Assembly (NCBI GenBank): GCA_963716475.1
Contig: OY970314.1
Location: forward strand, 692,790 to 756,789
Source: Candidatus Woesebacteria bacterium
GTDB lineage: Bacteria > Patescibacteriota > Microgenomatia > UBA8517
DNA length: 64,000 nt
Direction: 5' to 3'
The position numbers and the translations under genes were made by a program. The notes beneath the pieces are model-generated. The model saw only the letters and a list, made by a program, of their open reading frames with translations, was not told the DNA's origin and did not search any database. Below, one piece after another: positions 39,871 through 48,362 of the stretch (positions are counted from its first letter, which is position 1; every line of letters starts with the position of its first letter).

Positions 39871-40236
39871 TTAGACAACCTCCCTGGCCAGTGACGCTAT
39901 CTTATTGTAACCGGCTTCTTTAATTTCCCTGGCTATGGGGCCCAAAATCCTGGTTCCCCTGGGTAATCCTTGTTTATCAATAACTACCCCTGCATTATCG
40001 TCAAATCTAACGTAACTGCCGTCTTTTCTTCCGACTTCCTTACGGGTTCTGACAATCAAAACTCTTACTTTTTCGTGATCGGCCACAATTCCTGCAGGGT
40101 CGGCTCCTTTTACAACCCCGAGAACCACGTCCCCAAGGGTGGCGAATCTGCCTACTCTCCCGGGAACGCCGATTATCATAATTCTCTTGGCTCCGCTATT
40201 ATCTGCCGGTACCATCATTGTTCTAAGTTGCAACAT
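39871..40236 (-). CDS. rplN: 50S ribosomal protein L14
   Basis: ADNSGAK, R.DGSYVRFDDNA, GTRI.GP.ARE. Confidence 0.98.
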   Translation of the reverse strand: MLQLRTMMVPADNSGAKRIMIIGVPGRVGRFATLGDVVLGVVKGADPAGIVADHEKVRVLIVRTRKEVGRKDGSYVRFDDNAGVVIDKQGLPRGTRILGPIAREIKEAGYNKIASLAREVV

Positions 40237-40237
40237 A

Positions 40238-40483
40238 TCACTTTGCCTTTCCTTTCTCTTTAACTACTCCCATGATTTTCCATTTTTTCGTTTTAGAGTA
40301 GGGTTTTGAACCGCTAAACTTAACCTGGTCCCCAACTTTTACCCCAGTCTCATCGTGAACCTGATATTTTCTTATTCTTTTTAGCCTTTTTTTGTAAAGC
40401 GGATGAATAGTCATTCTTTCCACAGCGACAGTCGCCGTTTTGGCTGTCTTAACTGCAACTACTTTTCCCGTAAATATTTTCAT
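40238..40483 (-). CDS. rpsQ: 30S ribosomal protein S17
   Basis: GKVV..KT..V, HPLYKK, HDE, P.SKTK.W. Confidence 0.95.
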   Translation of the reverse strand: MKIFTGKVVAVKTAKTATVAVERMTIHPLYKKRLKRIRKYQVHDETGVKVGDQVKFSGSKPYSKTKKWKIMGVVKEKGKAK

Positions 40484-40504
40484 AATAGTAATTTCAAGCT
40501 TCGC

Positions 40505-40744
40505 TTATTTTTTAGCTTTGACCTCCTCCTTCGGTTGAACTTTTTCCAAAATCTCTTTTTCGCGGATCAAGGTTAGTATTTTAGCAATTTCCGCTCTCGA
40601 ATTCCTATACACTTTCAGGTTTTTCTCTTTTCCGGCCAGGTTCTGCATCTTCTTTTTGACAGCATCCGTCCTTTTGGTTGAAACCAACTTGGTCAGTTCT
40701 GCTACTGTTTTTCCTTTTAAATCTGCGTAATCTTTTCTTTTCAT
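40505..40744 (-). CDS. rpmC: 50S ribosomal protein L29
   Basis: position between rplP and rpsQ; RAEIAKILT. Confidence 0.85.
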   Translation of the reverse strand: MKRKDYADLKGKTVAELTKLVSTKRTDAVKKKMQNLAGKEKNLKVYRNSRAEIAKILTLIREKEILEKVQPKEEVKAKK

Positions 40745-40749
40745 TTAAC

Positions 40750-41163
40750 TTATTCTTCCTCCCTGCTAATTATTTTTATATCAATCGGCAATTTTGCAGA
40801 GGCCTTTCTGAAAGCCTCACGGACAATTAACGGATCGGCTCCCGCAACTTCAAAAAGAATCATTCCGGGGCGTACTACCGCAACGTAGGTTGAAATATCA
40901 CCCTTGCCTCCACCCATTCTTTTCCCTGCGGGGCGGGCGGTAATAGGCTTATCCGGAAAAATTCTGACCCAGACTCTTCCTCCTTTTCTGAGACCATGGG
41001 TAATGGTTCTTCTTGCCGATTCAATCTGAGCCGATGTTACCCAGGCTACCTCCTGTGCCTTCATGGCAAAATCTCCGAAAGAGATCACGCTTCCCCGGGT
41101 TGCGACTCCGTGCCGCCTGCCTCTAAATTCTTTTATGTATTTTCTTCTTTTTGGTTGCAACAT
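40750..41163 (-). CDS. rplP: 50S ribosomal protein L16
   Basis: MLQPKR.KY, QIESAR, W.RIFPDKP, RMGGGKG. Confidence 0.98.
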   Translation of the reverse strand: MLQPKRRKYIKEFRGRRHGVATRGSVISFGDFAMKAQEVAWVTSAQIESARRTITHGLRKGGRVWVRIFPDKPITARPAGKRMGGGKGDISTYVAVVRPGMILFEVAGADPLIVREAFRKASAKLPIDIKIISREEE

Positions 41164-41171
41164 TCTTTTAA

Positions 41172-41825
41172 TTAGGCCTCAGCCTTTTTATGTATCCAGA
41201 CTTTAACCCCGACATAACCTCTTTGGAGTAATGCCGGGACCTGGGCGTAATCAATAATTTCTCTTAGAGTTTGTGCAGGAACCGACCCTGTATGAAACTT
41301 TTCGACTCTTGAAATTTCCGCTCCGTTAATACGCCCTCCGATAACCACTTTTATTCCCAAAGCACCCGAAGCCATGACTCTCTCCATTGCTTTTTGGGTT
41401 GCGCGCCTGTGGGGAATTCTTCTCTCCATTTCTCCCGCGATCCTCTCCGCAACAAGGTATGCCGATAGTTCCGGATTTTTAACTTCATTAATTCTGATAT
41501 CAATTTTAAGATCCTTAATTACCTTTTTTCTGACGTCACTCATTATTCCTAAAATATATTTTTTAACGTCCTCTATTCCGGTTCCGCCGCGGCCTATAAC
41601 CACTCCGGGCCGGCTTACCGTAATTATTACCACCATGCTTTTCGGCAATCTCTCGATTTCGACCCCGGTTATACCCGCCAATTTCAGCTTTTGGGTAAGG
41701 CCTTTTCTGATTCTTATATCCTCAATTAAAAAGTCTTTAAAACTTCCCTGATCACCAAACCACCTTGATTTCCAAGGCAGAAAGTGACCTATTCTTATGC
41801 CGGTCGGATTAACTTTTTGTCCCAT
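41172..41825 (-). CDS. rpsC: 30S ribosomal protein S3
   Basis: MGQKVNP.G.R.G, RPGVVIGRGG, GRINGAEI.R. Confidence 0.98.
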   Translation of the reverse strand: MGQKVNPTGIRIGHFLPWKSRWFGDQGSFKDFLIEDIRIRKGLTQKLKLAGITGVEIERLPKSMVVIITVSRPGVVIGRGGTGIEDVKKYILGIMSDVRKKVIKDLKIDIRINEVKNPELSAYLVAERIAGEMERRIPHRRATQKAMERVMASGALGIKVVIGGRINGAEISRVEKFHTGSVPAQTLREIIDYAQVPALLQRGYVGVKVWIHKKAEA

Positions 41826-42279
41826 TTCTTTTATTTCCTTTCCCTCCCTTTTCGGGAGCTACAGCTAATGGTTTTTCTTCTTTCTTACCAGGGCTCTGAC
41901 TGGCCAAGCTTTGCTTATCAACTTCAACTTTGGTTGATTTCAAAATTACTCTAATGTGAGCCATTCTTCTTTTAAAAGGGTGCCACATACCACGGCTTGC
42001 CGCTCTTCCTCTTTTAAGACGCGGGCCTTCGCCTATCTGAATTTCTTTAAAAACCAAATCCGTTTCACTTACCCCTGCATTTTTTGCCGAACTAATGGCA
42101 CTTTTTATAACTTTGGCAAGTTCTGCTCCGGCCCTTTTTTGAACGAAAGGCAGCTTTTCCACAGCTTCCGCCGGTTTCATTTTTTTAATGACCCCGACCA
42201 CAAGTCTGATTTTTCTCGGGCTCATCAAAAGATATTTTTGTGTTGCTTTAAATTGTTTTTCCATGTTACGTCTTTTCAA
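41809..42279 (-). CDS. rplV: 50S ribosomal protein L22 with C-terminal extension
   Basis: [18 protein letters not shown]; true start probably ATG 42264. Confidence 0.95.
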   Translation of the reverse strand: MKRRNMEKQFKATQKYLLMSPRKIRLVVGVIKKMKPAEAVEKLPFVQKRAGAELAKVIKSAISSAKNAGVSETDLVFKEIQIGEGPRLKRGRAASRGMWHPFKRRMAHIRVILKSTKVEVDKQSLASQSPGKKEEKPLAVAPEKGGKGNKRNGTKS

Positions 42280-42547
42280 GTGTTCTCTTTACAATTTCTC
42301 CATGTCCTCTGAATGTCCTGGTAGGCGAAAATTCCCCGAGAGCGTGGCCTACCATGTCTTCGGTTACAAAAACGTCGATAAAAACGTGTCCGTTATGAAC
42401 CTGAAAATATTTTCCGACAAACTCCGGTGAAATTCTGCACCTTCTGGACCACGTTTTGATCGGACTTTCTTTAAGTCCCATTCCTTTTTCAACTTTTTTG
42501 ACCAGTATCGGGTCTATAAAAGGACCCTTTTTAGAACTTCTTGACAT
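42266..42547 (-). CDS. rpsS: 30S ribosomal protein S19
   Basis: [31 protein letters not shown]. Confidence 0.98.
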   Translation of the reverse strand: MSRSSKKGPFIDPILVKKVEKGMGLKESPIKTWSRRCRISPEFVGKYFQVHNGHVFIDVFVTEDMVGHALGEFSPTRTFRGHGEIVKRTLEKT

Positions 42548-42549
42548 AA

Positions 42550-43302
42550 TTAGCCTAAAATAGCCTTGCCTCCTCTTCTCTGAACTATCAAACGGTTGGA
42601 ATATTTCTTTTTGTTCCGGGTTTTGCCTACAGCGCGTTTCCCGTAAAAAGTCTTCGGATATTTCATTCCTACTCCGCTTCTGCCTTCTCCTCCTCCGTGC
42701 GGATGGGCGTGCGGGTTCATAGCAACTCCCCGGACACTGGGACGAATTCCCATATGACGGATGCGGCCGGCCTTATGAATAACTTCCTCCTTGGCTGCAA
42801 TGTTTCCTACCTGCCCGATTTCGGCCATACACTCCGGGTCAAATCTCCTGATTTCCCCCGACGGAAGTTTAACCAAAACCCAGGCATCTTCTTTCCCGAA
42901 AACTACCGCCGCACTTCCGGCTCCCTTTACCATTTGCCCTCCTTTACCCTTAGCTATTTCAATATTATGAATCGCAACTCCAACAGGAATAGCCTTCAGT
43001 GGAAGGGCATTACCCATTTCAACCGGCGCCACATCCGAAGCTATAACACGGGTGCCGACTTTAAGTCCGTCGGGGCTTACTATATAGCGCCTGTCGCCAT
43101 CCTCGTATAATATCAGAGCGACCTCGGCATTTCTATTGGGATCGTATTCGATAGCAAGGACTCTTCCCCAAACATCTTTTTTGCTCCTTTTAAAATCAAT
43201 CCGACGCAAATATCTTTTCTCACGCCCGCCCTGATGCCTGACGGTAACACGGCCTCTGACTCTTCCCGACTGTTTTGGTAGTATGCTTTTTAGTTTTTTC
43301 AC
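42550..43302 (-). CDS. rplB: 50S ribosomal protein L2
   Basis: [24 protein letters not shown]. Confidence 0.98.
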   Translation of the reverse strand: MKKLKSILPKQSGRVRGRVTVRHQGGREKRYLRRIDFKRSKKDVWGRVLAIEYDPNRNAEVALILYEDGDRRYIVSPDGLKVGTRVIASDVAPVEMGNALPLKAIPVGVAIHNIEIAKGKGGQMVKGAGSAAVVFGKEDAWVLVKLPSGEIRRFDPECMAEIGQVGNIAAKEEVIHKAGRIRHMGIRPSVRGVAMNPHAHPHGGGEGRSGVGMKYPKTFYGKRAVGKTRNKKKYSNRLIVQRRGGKAILG

Positions 43303-43574
43303 TTTTTACCCTCCTCAAAAATATCCATTTTATCTCCTTCTTTAAGAGTCACAATTGCTTTCTTGCCGGCAATTACCGAAAAATTTCTGCCGCGGGCATT
43401 TCTGCCTTTTTCTCCGCCGGTTTTAATGGTTCTGACGCGAACGACAGTAACCCCGAAGATTTTGGCAATTTCGGCTGCGATCCTCTTTTTATTCATTCTG
43501 GGCTCAACCCGGAATGTATAGTTGCCAAATTTTGCCGCTTTTAAACTTTTTTCCGTAAAAATAGGCTTGATCAT
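43299..43574 (-). CDS. rplW: 50S ribosomal protein L23
   Basis: KPIFTEKS, YTF.V, KKAIVTL. Confidence 0.95.
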   Translation of the reverse strand: MIKPIFTEKSLKAAKFGNYTFRVEPRMNKKRIAAEIAKIFGVTVVRVRTIKTGGEKGRNARGRNFSVIAGKKAIVTLKEGDKMDIFEEGKK

Positions 43575-43576
43575 AA

Positions 43577-44233
43577 TTATTTAGTTTTTTTGGTCAGCTC
43601 AACTTTAGCTTTGACTTCTTCTTTTTTAGCCTTAAAGACTTCTGAATCAAGAACTATCAACCCGCCGTTAAAAATATCGTACGCATTTGCGTTCTTCCAA
43701 AAAATTGCATTTGCCAATTTGAGATTTCTGAAAAATTTCACAGCTGCCCCGGCCCCGTCGGCAAGAACAAAAGTAAACCTTTTGTCACCCGTTATCTTAG
43801 TTAAGGCTTTAGTAAGCTCAACGACCGATTTGGTTTTTTCGATTTTAGAAAGCCCCGAAACCAAAACCAACTTGCCTTCACCGGCTTTAAGGCTATAAGC
43901 TAAAAGCCTGGCATTGGCTTTCATTTTTCCGGGTAGCGTCAGAATTCTTCGTTCCGGCCTCGGACCAAGTGCTACACCTCCGCCGACGAAAACATTAGCC
44001 CTGCGGCTGCCATGACGGGCTCCGCCCGTTCCTTTTTGCTTGTAAATCTTTTTGGTAGTTCTATTTACCTCGGATCTGGTTTGGGTTTTTCTCAGTCCAA
44101 TATGAGCTCTTTCTTCAAAAACATGAACCGCTTGAGCCAAAAGAGCCATATTGACCTTTTGGCCAAACTCTTTAGGAAGAGTCTCTTCCCCCGTCTTTGT
44201 TCCTTTAGCCGTAAATGTCAGTACTTTTGTCAT
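43577..44233 (-). CDS. rplD: 50S ribosomal protein L4
   Basis: TRSEV, QKGTGGARHGS, GGGV..GP; start reassigned to ATG 44233, just after the rplC stop. Confidence 0.95.
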   Translation of the reverse strand: MTKVLTFTAKGTKTGEETLPKEFGQKVNMALLAQAVHVFEERAHIGLRKTQTRSEVNRTTKKIYKQKGTGGARHGSRRANVFVGGGVALGPRPERRILTLPGKMKANARLLAYSLKAGEGKLVLVSGLSKIEKTKSVVELTKALTKITGDKRFTFVLADGAGAAVKFFRNLKLANAIFWKNANAYDIFNGGLIVLDSEVFKAKKEEVKAKVELTKKTK

Positions 44234-44234
44234 G

Positions 44235-45032
44235 TTATTTGGCTGCTTCCACCTTGGCTGCTTCAGGTTTTGGTGCTTCCGCCTTCGGTGCCTCGGCAGG
44301 TTTTTCCTGACCCGGGGTGGCAGCGGTTCCTTCCTCGGCCGGAGCCTCTCCTTCAACTATCTGTGCAACCACCTCATGTTCAAGTTCCTTAAGACTTCCT
44401 GATTTAATTTTCGTCATAGTCACCAAAGACCCGCGGTTCCCCGGGACCTGACCTGAAATTTCAACCTCTCCGACTTCGGCATTAACCGAAATTATATGCA
44501 GGTTTTTAATTGTTGATTGCTCTCCTCCCATTCTGCCGGCCATTCTTTTACCTTTATAAACCCTCCCCGGGGTTGTAGTTTGTCCGATTGATCCCGGAGC
44601 ACGCTCCCTGTCTGATTGTCCGTGGGTTCTCGGACCTCCATGAAAATGATGTCTTTTAACCACACCCGCAAACCCTTTACCCTTTGAAATTCCGGTTACT
44701 GCAATAACATCTCCAGGCTTAAAAATATCGGAGACTGTAATTATGTCTCCGACTTTATACTCCGGCTCTTTATCAACTCTGACTTCCCTTATATAGCGCG
44801 GAAATCTTTGATCTTTTGAGGTTGTTTTAAGGTGTCCCTGGAGAGGTTTTGAAGTATTTTTAGCCCTTTTTGAGGAAAAGCCAAGCTGAACAGCGTAGTA
44901 TCCGTCGGGCTCCATCTTCTTAATCTGGGTCACAACGCAAGGTCCCGCGGTTACTTTGGTAACGGGAATTCTGAAACCTTCTATAAAGGTTTGGGAACTA
45001 ACTCCTTTCGAACCTAATATGGTATTAATCAT
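44235..45032 (-). CDS. rplC: 50S ribosomal protein L3 with acidic/Pro-Ala tail
   Basis: DGYYAVQLG, SKGKGFAGVVKRH, RAPGSIG, KGKRMAGRMG. Confidence 0.98.
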   Translation of the reverse strand: MINTILGSKGVSSQTFIEGFRIPVTKVTAGPCVVTQIKKMEPDGYYAVQLGFSSKRAKNTSKPLQGHLKTTSKDQRFPRYIREVRVDKEPEYKVGDIITVSDIFKPGDVIAVTGISKGKGFAGVVKRHHFHGGPRTHGQSDRERAPGSIGQTTTPGRVYKGKRMAGRMGGEQSTIKNLHIISVNAEVGEVEISGQVPGNRGSLVTMTKIKSGSLKELEHEVVAQIVEGEAPAEEGTAATPGQEKPAEAPKAEAPKPEAAKVEAAK

Positions 45033-45211
45033 TTTGGTTTTGGAACCCCCTCGACTCTCTCCGTTCGCTTAAGGGCCAGTAAACAACAAAAAAGGCGCCT
45101 TCAAAAGGCGCCTCAGGGAGGCTACCTAAGAAGATCAACCGTGGCTAGTAACTGACATAACCACTTGCATGTTACGAGGGGAATTATAACAGAAGCTCCC
45201 AAGTTACGCAA
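45033..45211 (-). promoter_or_regulatory. promoter and attenuator-like leader of the rplC operon
   Basis: TTGCGT-N17-TATAAT (45211-45183); ~145-nt leader with terminator AGGCGCC-TTTTGAA-GGCGCCTTTTTT (45113-45088). Confidence 0.65.
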
Positions 45212-45248
45212 GCGTGCATGCATCCTATGCTTATGTTAAAATCCCGAT

Positions 45249-46409
45249 GTGAGTAAAACGTGGGCAAAAATAGGTGCGGCCGTTTTTTTTCTTACCAGCT
45301 TTATTCTAATTTTAGGGAATCTCTATAGAATTGTTTCTACTACTACCCCTGACTTTGGTGTGATTTGGATCTCGGTAAAAGACATGCTAGTTGGTAAAAA
45401 CCCTTATATAAATCCAGCTTTAGTTGTCCCAAATGCATATCCGCCGGTTAGCGAGTTATTTTATATTCCGCTGGCTTTCCTTCCCTATCAAGTCTCGCAG
45501 GCAATATTTACATTTATCTCATTCTTTTCAATAGTCGGGGCTATTTACTTATCAATAAAATTAGCATTTGGGAAGGTTGTTTGGCCATATTTTCTGGTTT
45601 TTATGGGTTTGGCTTTTCTATCCTTTCCGACAAAGTTTTCTTTAGGAATGGGGCAGATCAATTCAATCGTACTTTTGCTGTTACTTTTGGCCTATTACCT
45701 TGAATTGAAAAATAAATCTGTTTGGGGCGGAATAATTTTAGGTTCTTCAATCATTTTAAAGCCTATTTTTGTTTTCTTTTTACTCTTTTTTGCACTGAAA
45801 AAATCTTGGAAAATCATATCAGTTAGCCTTGCCACGGTTTTTATAGGAATCGTCACAACTTTACTTTTTTTGAATCTCGGTACCTGGGTTTCATGGTTCA
45901 ATACAGGCATTCTTCCTCTTGTTGCAAGTTTGGCGGGCAGGGAGGTGTACTACAATCAAGGGGTATTGGGTTTTATTTCAAGAATTTTTACAAGCCTTGA
46001 TGTACGAAAATACTTAAGCGAATTTGTTTCAATTCTTTTGGTAGCTCTCGCGTCATTTTACGTGCTAAGAAAAAGGAGCGGCGTGCTGACCCTGTCTTTA
46101 TTTATTATTACTCTGCTTATTATCGATACCACCTCCTGGCAGCACCATTTCGTCTGGTTAATATTCCCGTTTATCGTTCTCTTTAGCTATCTAGTCAAAT
46201 TAAAAAAGGTCGTATTTTTGGGATTAATTTGTTTGGCCTATCTTCTCGTCAGTTGGAATTTTAAAAATCCTTTATACTTTCCCCCAATTATTCTTTCCAA
46301 CCAGTTCTATGGAACCATTATTTTATGGGCAATTAATATATATCTACTCTCCGGACCAAGACAAACGGAAATAGCCAATAGGAGAAATATATTCACGAAA
46401 ACAAAATGA
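45249..46409 (+). CDS. GT87/DUF2029-like membrane glycosyltransferase (GT-C)
   Basis: PDF, NPY, YPP, GQIN, LK, W.HH motifs; many TM helices. Confidence 0.85.
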   Translation: MSKTWAKIGAAVFFLTSFILILGNLYRIVSTTTPDFGVIWISVKDMLVGKNPYINPALVVPNAYPPVSELFYIPLAFLPYQVSQAIFTFISFFSIVGAIYLSIKLAFGKVVWPYFLVFMGLAFLSFPTKFSLGMGQINSIVLLLLLLAYYLELKNKSVWGGIILGSSIILKPIFVFFLLFFALKKSWKIISVSLATVFIGIVTTLLFLNLGTWVSWFNTGILPLVASLAGREVYYNQGVLGFISRIFTSLDVRKYLSEFVSILLVALASFYVLRKRSGVLTLSLFIITLLIIDTTSWQHHFVWLIFPFIVLFSYLVKLKKVVFLGLICLAYLLVSWNFKNPLYFPPIILSNQFYGTIILWAINIYLLSGPRQTEIANRRNIFTKTK

Positions 46410-47299
46410 TACTAGTAACGGGCGCCTCGGGTTTTATCGGCAGAAAACTTTCCCCGCTTATCAGAAAAGGACATCCGGAAGAAAAGATTTTTATATTAAA
46501 CGAAAAAAAACACAATTTAGTAACAGGTAAGGGTTTGGATCTGATTCCGGCAGATCCAAGACTCATCTTTCACCTTGCTGCGGCAACCGATACATCAAAG
46601 GGCGACCAAAGATGCAATGACATCGGGATGATAAATTTAATAAAACACCTGCCAAAAATCGGACCCAAAACCCATTTTATTTTTACAAGTTCCCAGGCAA
46701 TTTTTTCGGACAGACGCGATACGGATAAACCGATTTATCAAAATACAAAACCGGCAACAAACGACAATTATGGAAAAACAAAACTTGAGGCGGAAAAAAT
46801 TCTCTTAAAGGCGGCTAAGGAGAAAAAATTTAAATTAACAATCATCAGACTGCCCACCGTTTGGGGAGAAAATCCCAGAAAAAACAGTTTTTTGAACTTT
46901 TTACGAAAATTGGTTGACACAAATTCGCCATTTTCGAGGCTAAATTGGCCCGGAAAAGTCGCTTTAATTAATGTGGAAGACGCAGCAAAATTTATTCTAA
47001 ATTCTTCTATGAGAGCTCCTCAAAAACCTAAAATAATATCTATTGCTGTTCAGAATTTAACCCTGGCGGAAATTTTTGAAAAAATTACAGTCGGAAAAGG
47101 AAAAGTTTATAGCCAAATAAAAGTCCCTAATTCCGTCTGGAATTTTGCCAAGTTTTTAAGGCCTTACATGAAGTTTTTCGAACCGATTTTGCCCGCCAAT
47201 ATTTATAACTACTTTTGGCGTGCTTCAATAGTTGTGGACAGTCCCCTTTGGTGTAGGGTAAATATTAAAGGCAAAAAGTTTAAATCTAAATCTGCATAA
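46406..47299 (+). CDS. NAD-dependent epimerase/dehydratase family protein
   Basis: ILVTGASGFIG, FHLAA, YGKTKLEAE. Confidence 0.88.
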   Translation: MILVTGASGFIGRKLSPLIRKGHPEEKIFILNEKKHNLVTGKGLDLIPADPRLIFHLAAATDTSKGDQRCNDIGMINLIKHLPKIGPKTHFIFTSSQAIFSDRRDTDKPIYQNTKPATNDNYGKTKLEAEKILLKAAKEKKFKLTIIRLPTVWGENPRKNSFLNFLRKLVDTNSPFSRLNWPGKVALINVEDAAKFILNSSMRAPQKPKIISIAVQNLTLAEIFEKITVGKGKVYSQIKVPNSVWNFAKFLRPYMKFFEPILPANIYNYFWRASIVVDSPLWCRVNIKGKKFKSKSA

Positions 47300-47330
47300 T
47301 ACCGTATCCTATTTAAATATCCTATAAGTC

Positions 47331-47359
47331 TTGACAATGGCCAATTTCAGTGTTATATT
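47331..47359 (+). promoter_or_regulatory. near-consensus sigma70 promoter with extended -10
   Basis: TTGACA(47331-47336)-N17-TATATT(47354-47359), TG at 47351-47352; predicted +1 at A47366. Confidence 0.8.
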
Positions 47360-47365
47360 GATAGC

Positions 47366-47423
47366 AGTTTACACAACTAAGTCGGTTTGCCGACAAAGAA
47401 AAAGGGCCGAAAGGCCCTTTTTT
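47366..47423 (+). ncRNA. candidate ~58-nt antisense RNA to the adjacent tRNA
   Basis: lies between promoter and terminator; first 23 nt match 47469-47491 at 22/23 positions, so they are complementary to the tRNA. Confidence 0.65.
47399..47423. terminator. bidirectional intrinsic terminator
   Basis: AAAAAGGGCC-GAAA-GGCCCTTTTTT between the convergent sRNA and tRNA. Confidence 0.88.
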
Positions 47424-47440
47424 GATGAAAAGATTCGTCG

Positions 47441-47528
47441 AGGTGGGGACGAGATTCGAACTCGCGTTAGTTTACACAACTAAATCGGTTTTAAAGACCG
47501 ACGCCATAAGCCACTCGGCCACCCCACC
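47441..47528 (-). tRNA. Ser-type long-variable-arm tRNA with anticodon UUA (predicted ochre suppressor)
   Basis: acceptor GGTGGGG/CCCCACC; D arm GCC-GAGTGGCTTAT-GGC; anticodon arm TCGGT-CT.TTA.AA-ACCGA; variable arm TTAGTT-GTGTA-AACTAA; T arm GCGAG-TTCGAAT-CTCGT; U73; no encoded CCA. Confidence 0.9.
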
Positions 47529-47530
47529 AT

Positions 47531-48262
47531 CTAACTTTCCTTACTCTCAATCTTGTTTATCTCGTCTTCTCTTATTAAACCAACTTTTTTTGCAAACTCA
47601 ATTATTTTTTGGCGTACCTCAGTAAGTTCGCCCGAGGCGACAGCGTCGTCAATTATTTCATTCTTGGGTATTAATAGCCGAATGCCCGTATGGGAAATGT
47701 TAAGATCGATCATGGGCTGGCCTATTGGGGGATGAGTATAAAGGCCGACCTGGCCAATTTTCCCATGTTCCTGATTTTTTGTTCCAGAAGAAATCGATTT
47801 AACATGAGTTTTTCTCGTCTTAACTTCTTCTGAAGTCTTAATTCCCGCTTTACCACATAACCAGATGAAAATAGGCACAGCAGTGTTTGCCAAACGTGGG
47901 CTAATCTTATACACAGCCATGAGTTCGTCATGAAGATTATCCCGATTAAGCAGCTCCGCGCTTGGAACAGTATCGAAAAGTTCTTTGTATGCCTCCCTAA
48001 CGATCTCCTGGAGCTTTTGTTCCTTACCCTCTGCCTTCATGGATAAAACTCTAGCCCTCTCAGTTGGTACGCCTTCATCGGAAATCATGCCTAAAAATTT
48101 AAGTGCTTGTATTGCCAAAAAAGCATCGGGCTCAGAAAAACCACGGAGTTTCAGGTCATTCATGGTCAACTTGGAAAAGCTGTGAGTACCCAACAGAGCA
48201 AAGAGCTGATCAAGCTTAGCAACACTCATATACGGAGGAGTCTTTTTAACTACTTTTTCCAT
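47531..48262 (-). CDS. DUF5343-like protein
   Basis: PPYMS..L..GFS..DA...IQALKFLG.I..G.PT..L..IVR.AY..LF pattern; start reassigned to ATG 48262 behind TTGACA-N18-TATACT. Confidence 0.7.
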   Translation of the reverse strand: MEKVVKKTPPYMSVAKLDQLFALLGTHSFSKLTMNDLKLRGFSEPDAFLAIQALKFLGMISDEGVPTERARVLSMKAEGKEQKLQEIVREAYKELFDTVPSAELLNRDNLHDELMAVYKISPRLANTAVPIFIWLCGKAGIKTSEEVKTRKTHVKSISSGTKNQEHGKIGQVGLYTHPPIGQPMIDLNISHTGIRLLIPKNEIIDDAVASGELTEVRQKIIEFAKKVGLIREDEINKIESKES

Positions 48263-48362
48263 TGGGGAAAGTATAGCATACAACCACAAGTCTTGTCAAA
48301 TCGTGCGTCTTTATCTTGAATTTGGACTAACTTTATTCGACAACCGAAGAAATTGGCAGAAC

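Noticed and set aside
44234-44356. N-terminal extension of rplD in the ORF track
   Set aside because: It overlaps the rplC tail in another frame; an ATG lies immediately after the rplC stop.
47441-47528. Reading the tRNA as Leu(UAA) or Lys(UUU)
   Set aside because: The 5-bp stem UCGGU/ACCGA fixes a 7-nt loop CUUUAAA with UUA at positions 34-36; shifted registers do not pair.
47422-47625. 67-aa plus-strand ORF
   Set aside because: It is the antisense shadow of the tRNA and the DUF5343-like 3' end, and starts at the terminator.
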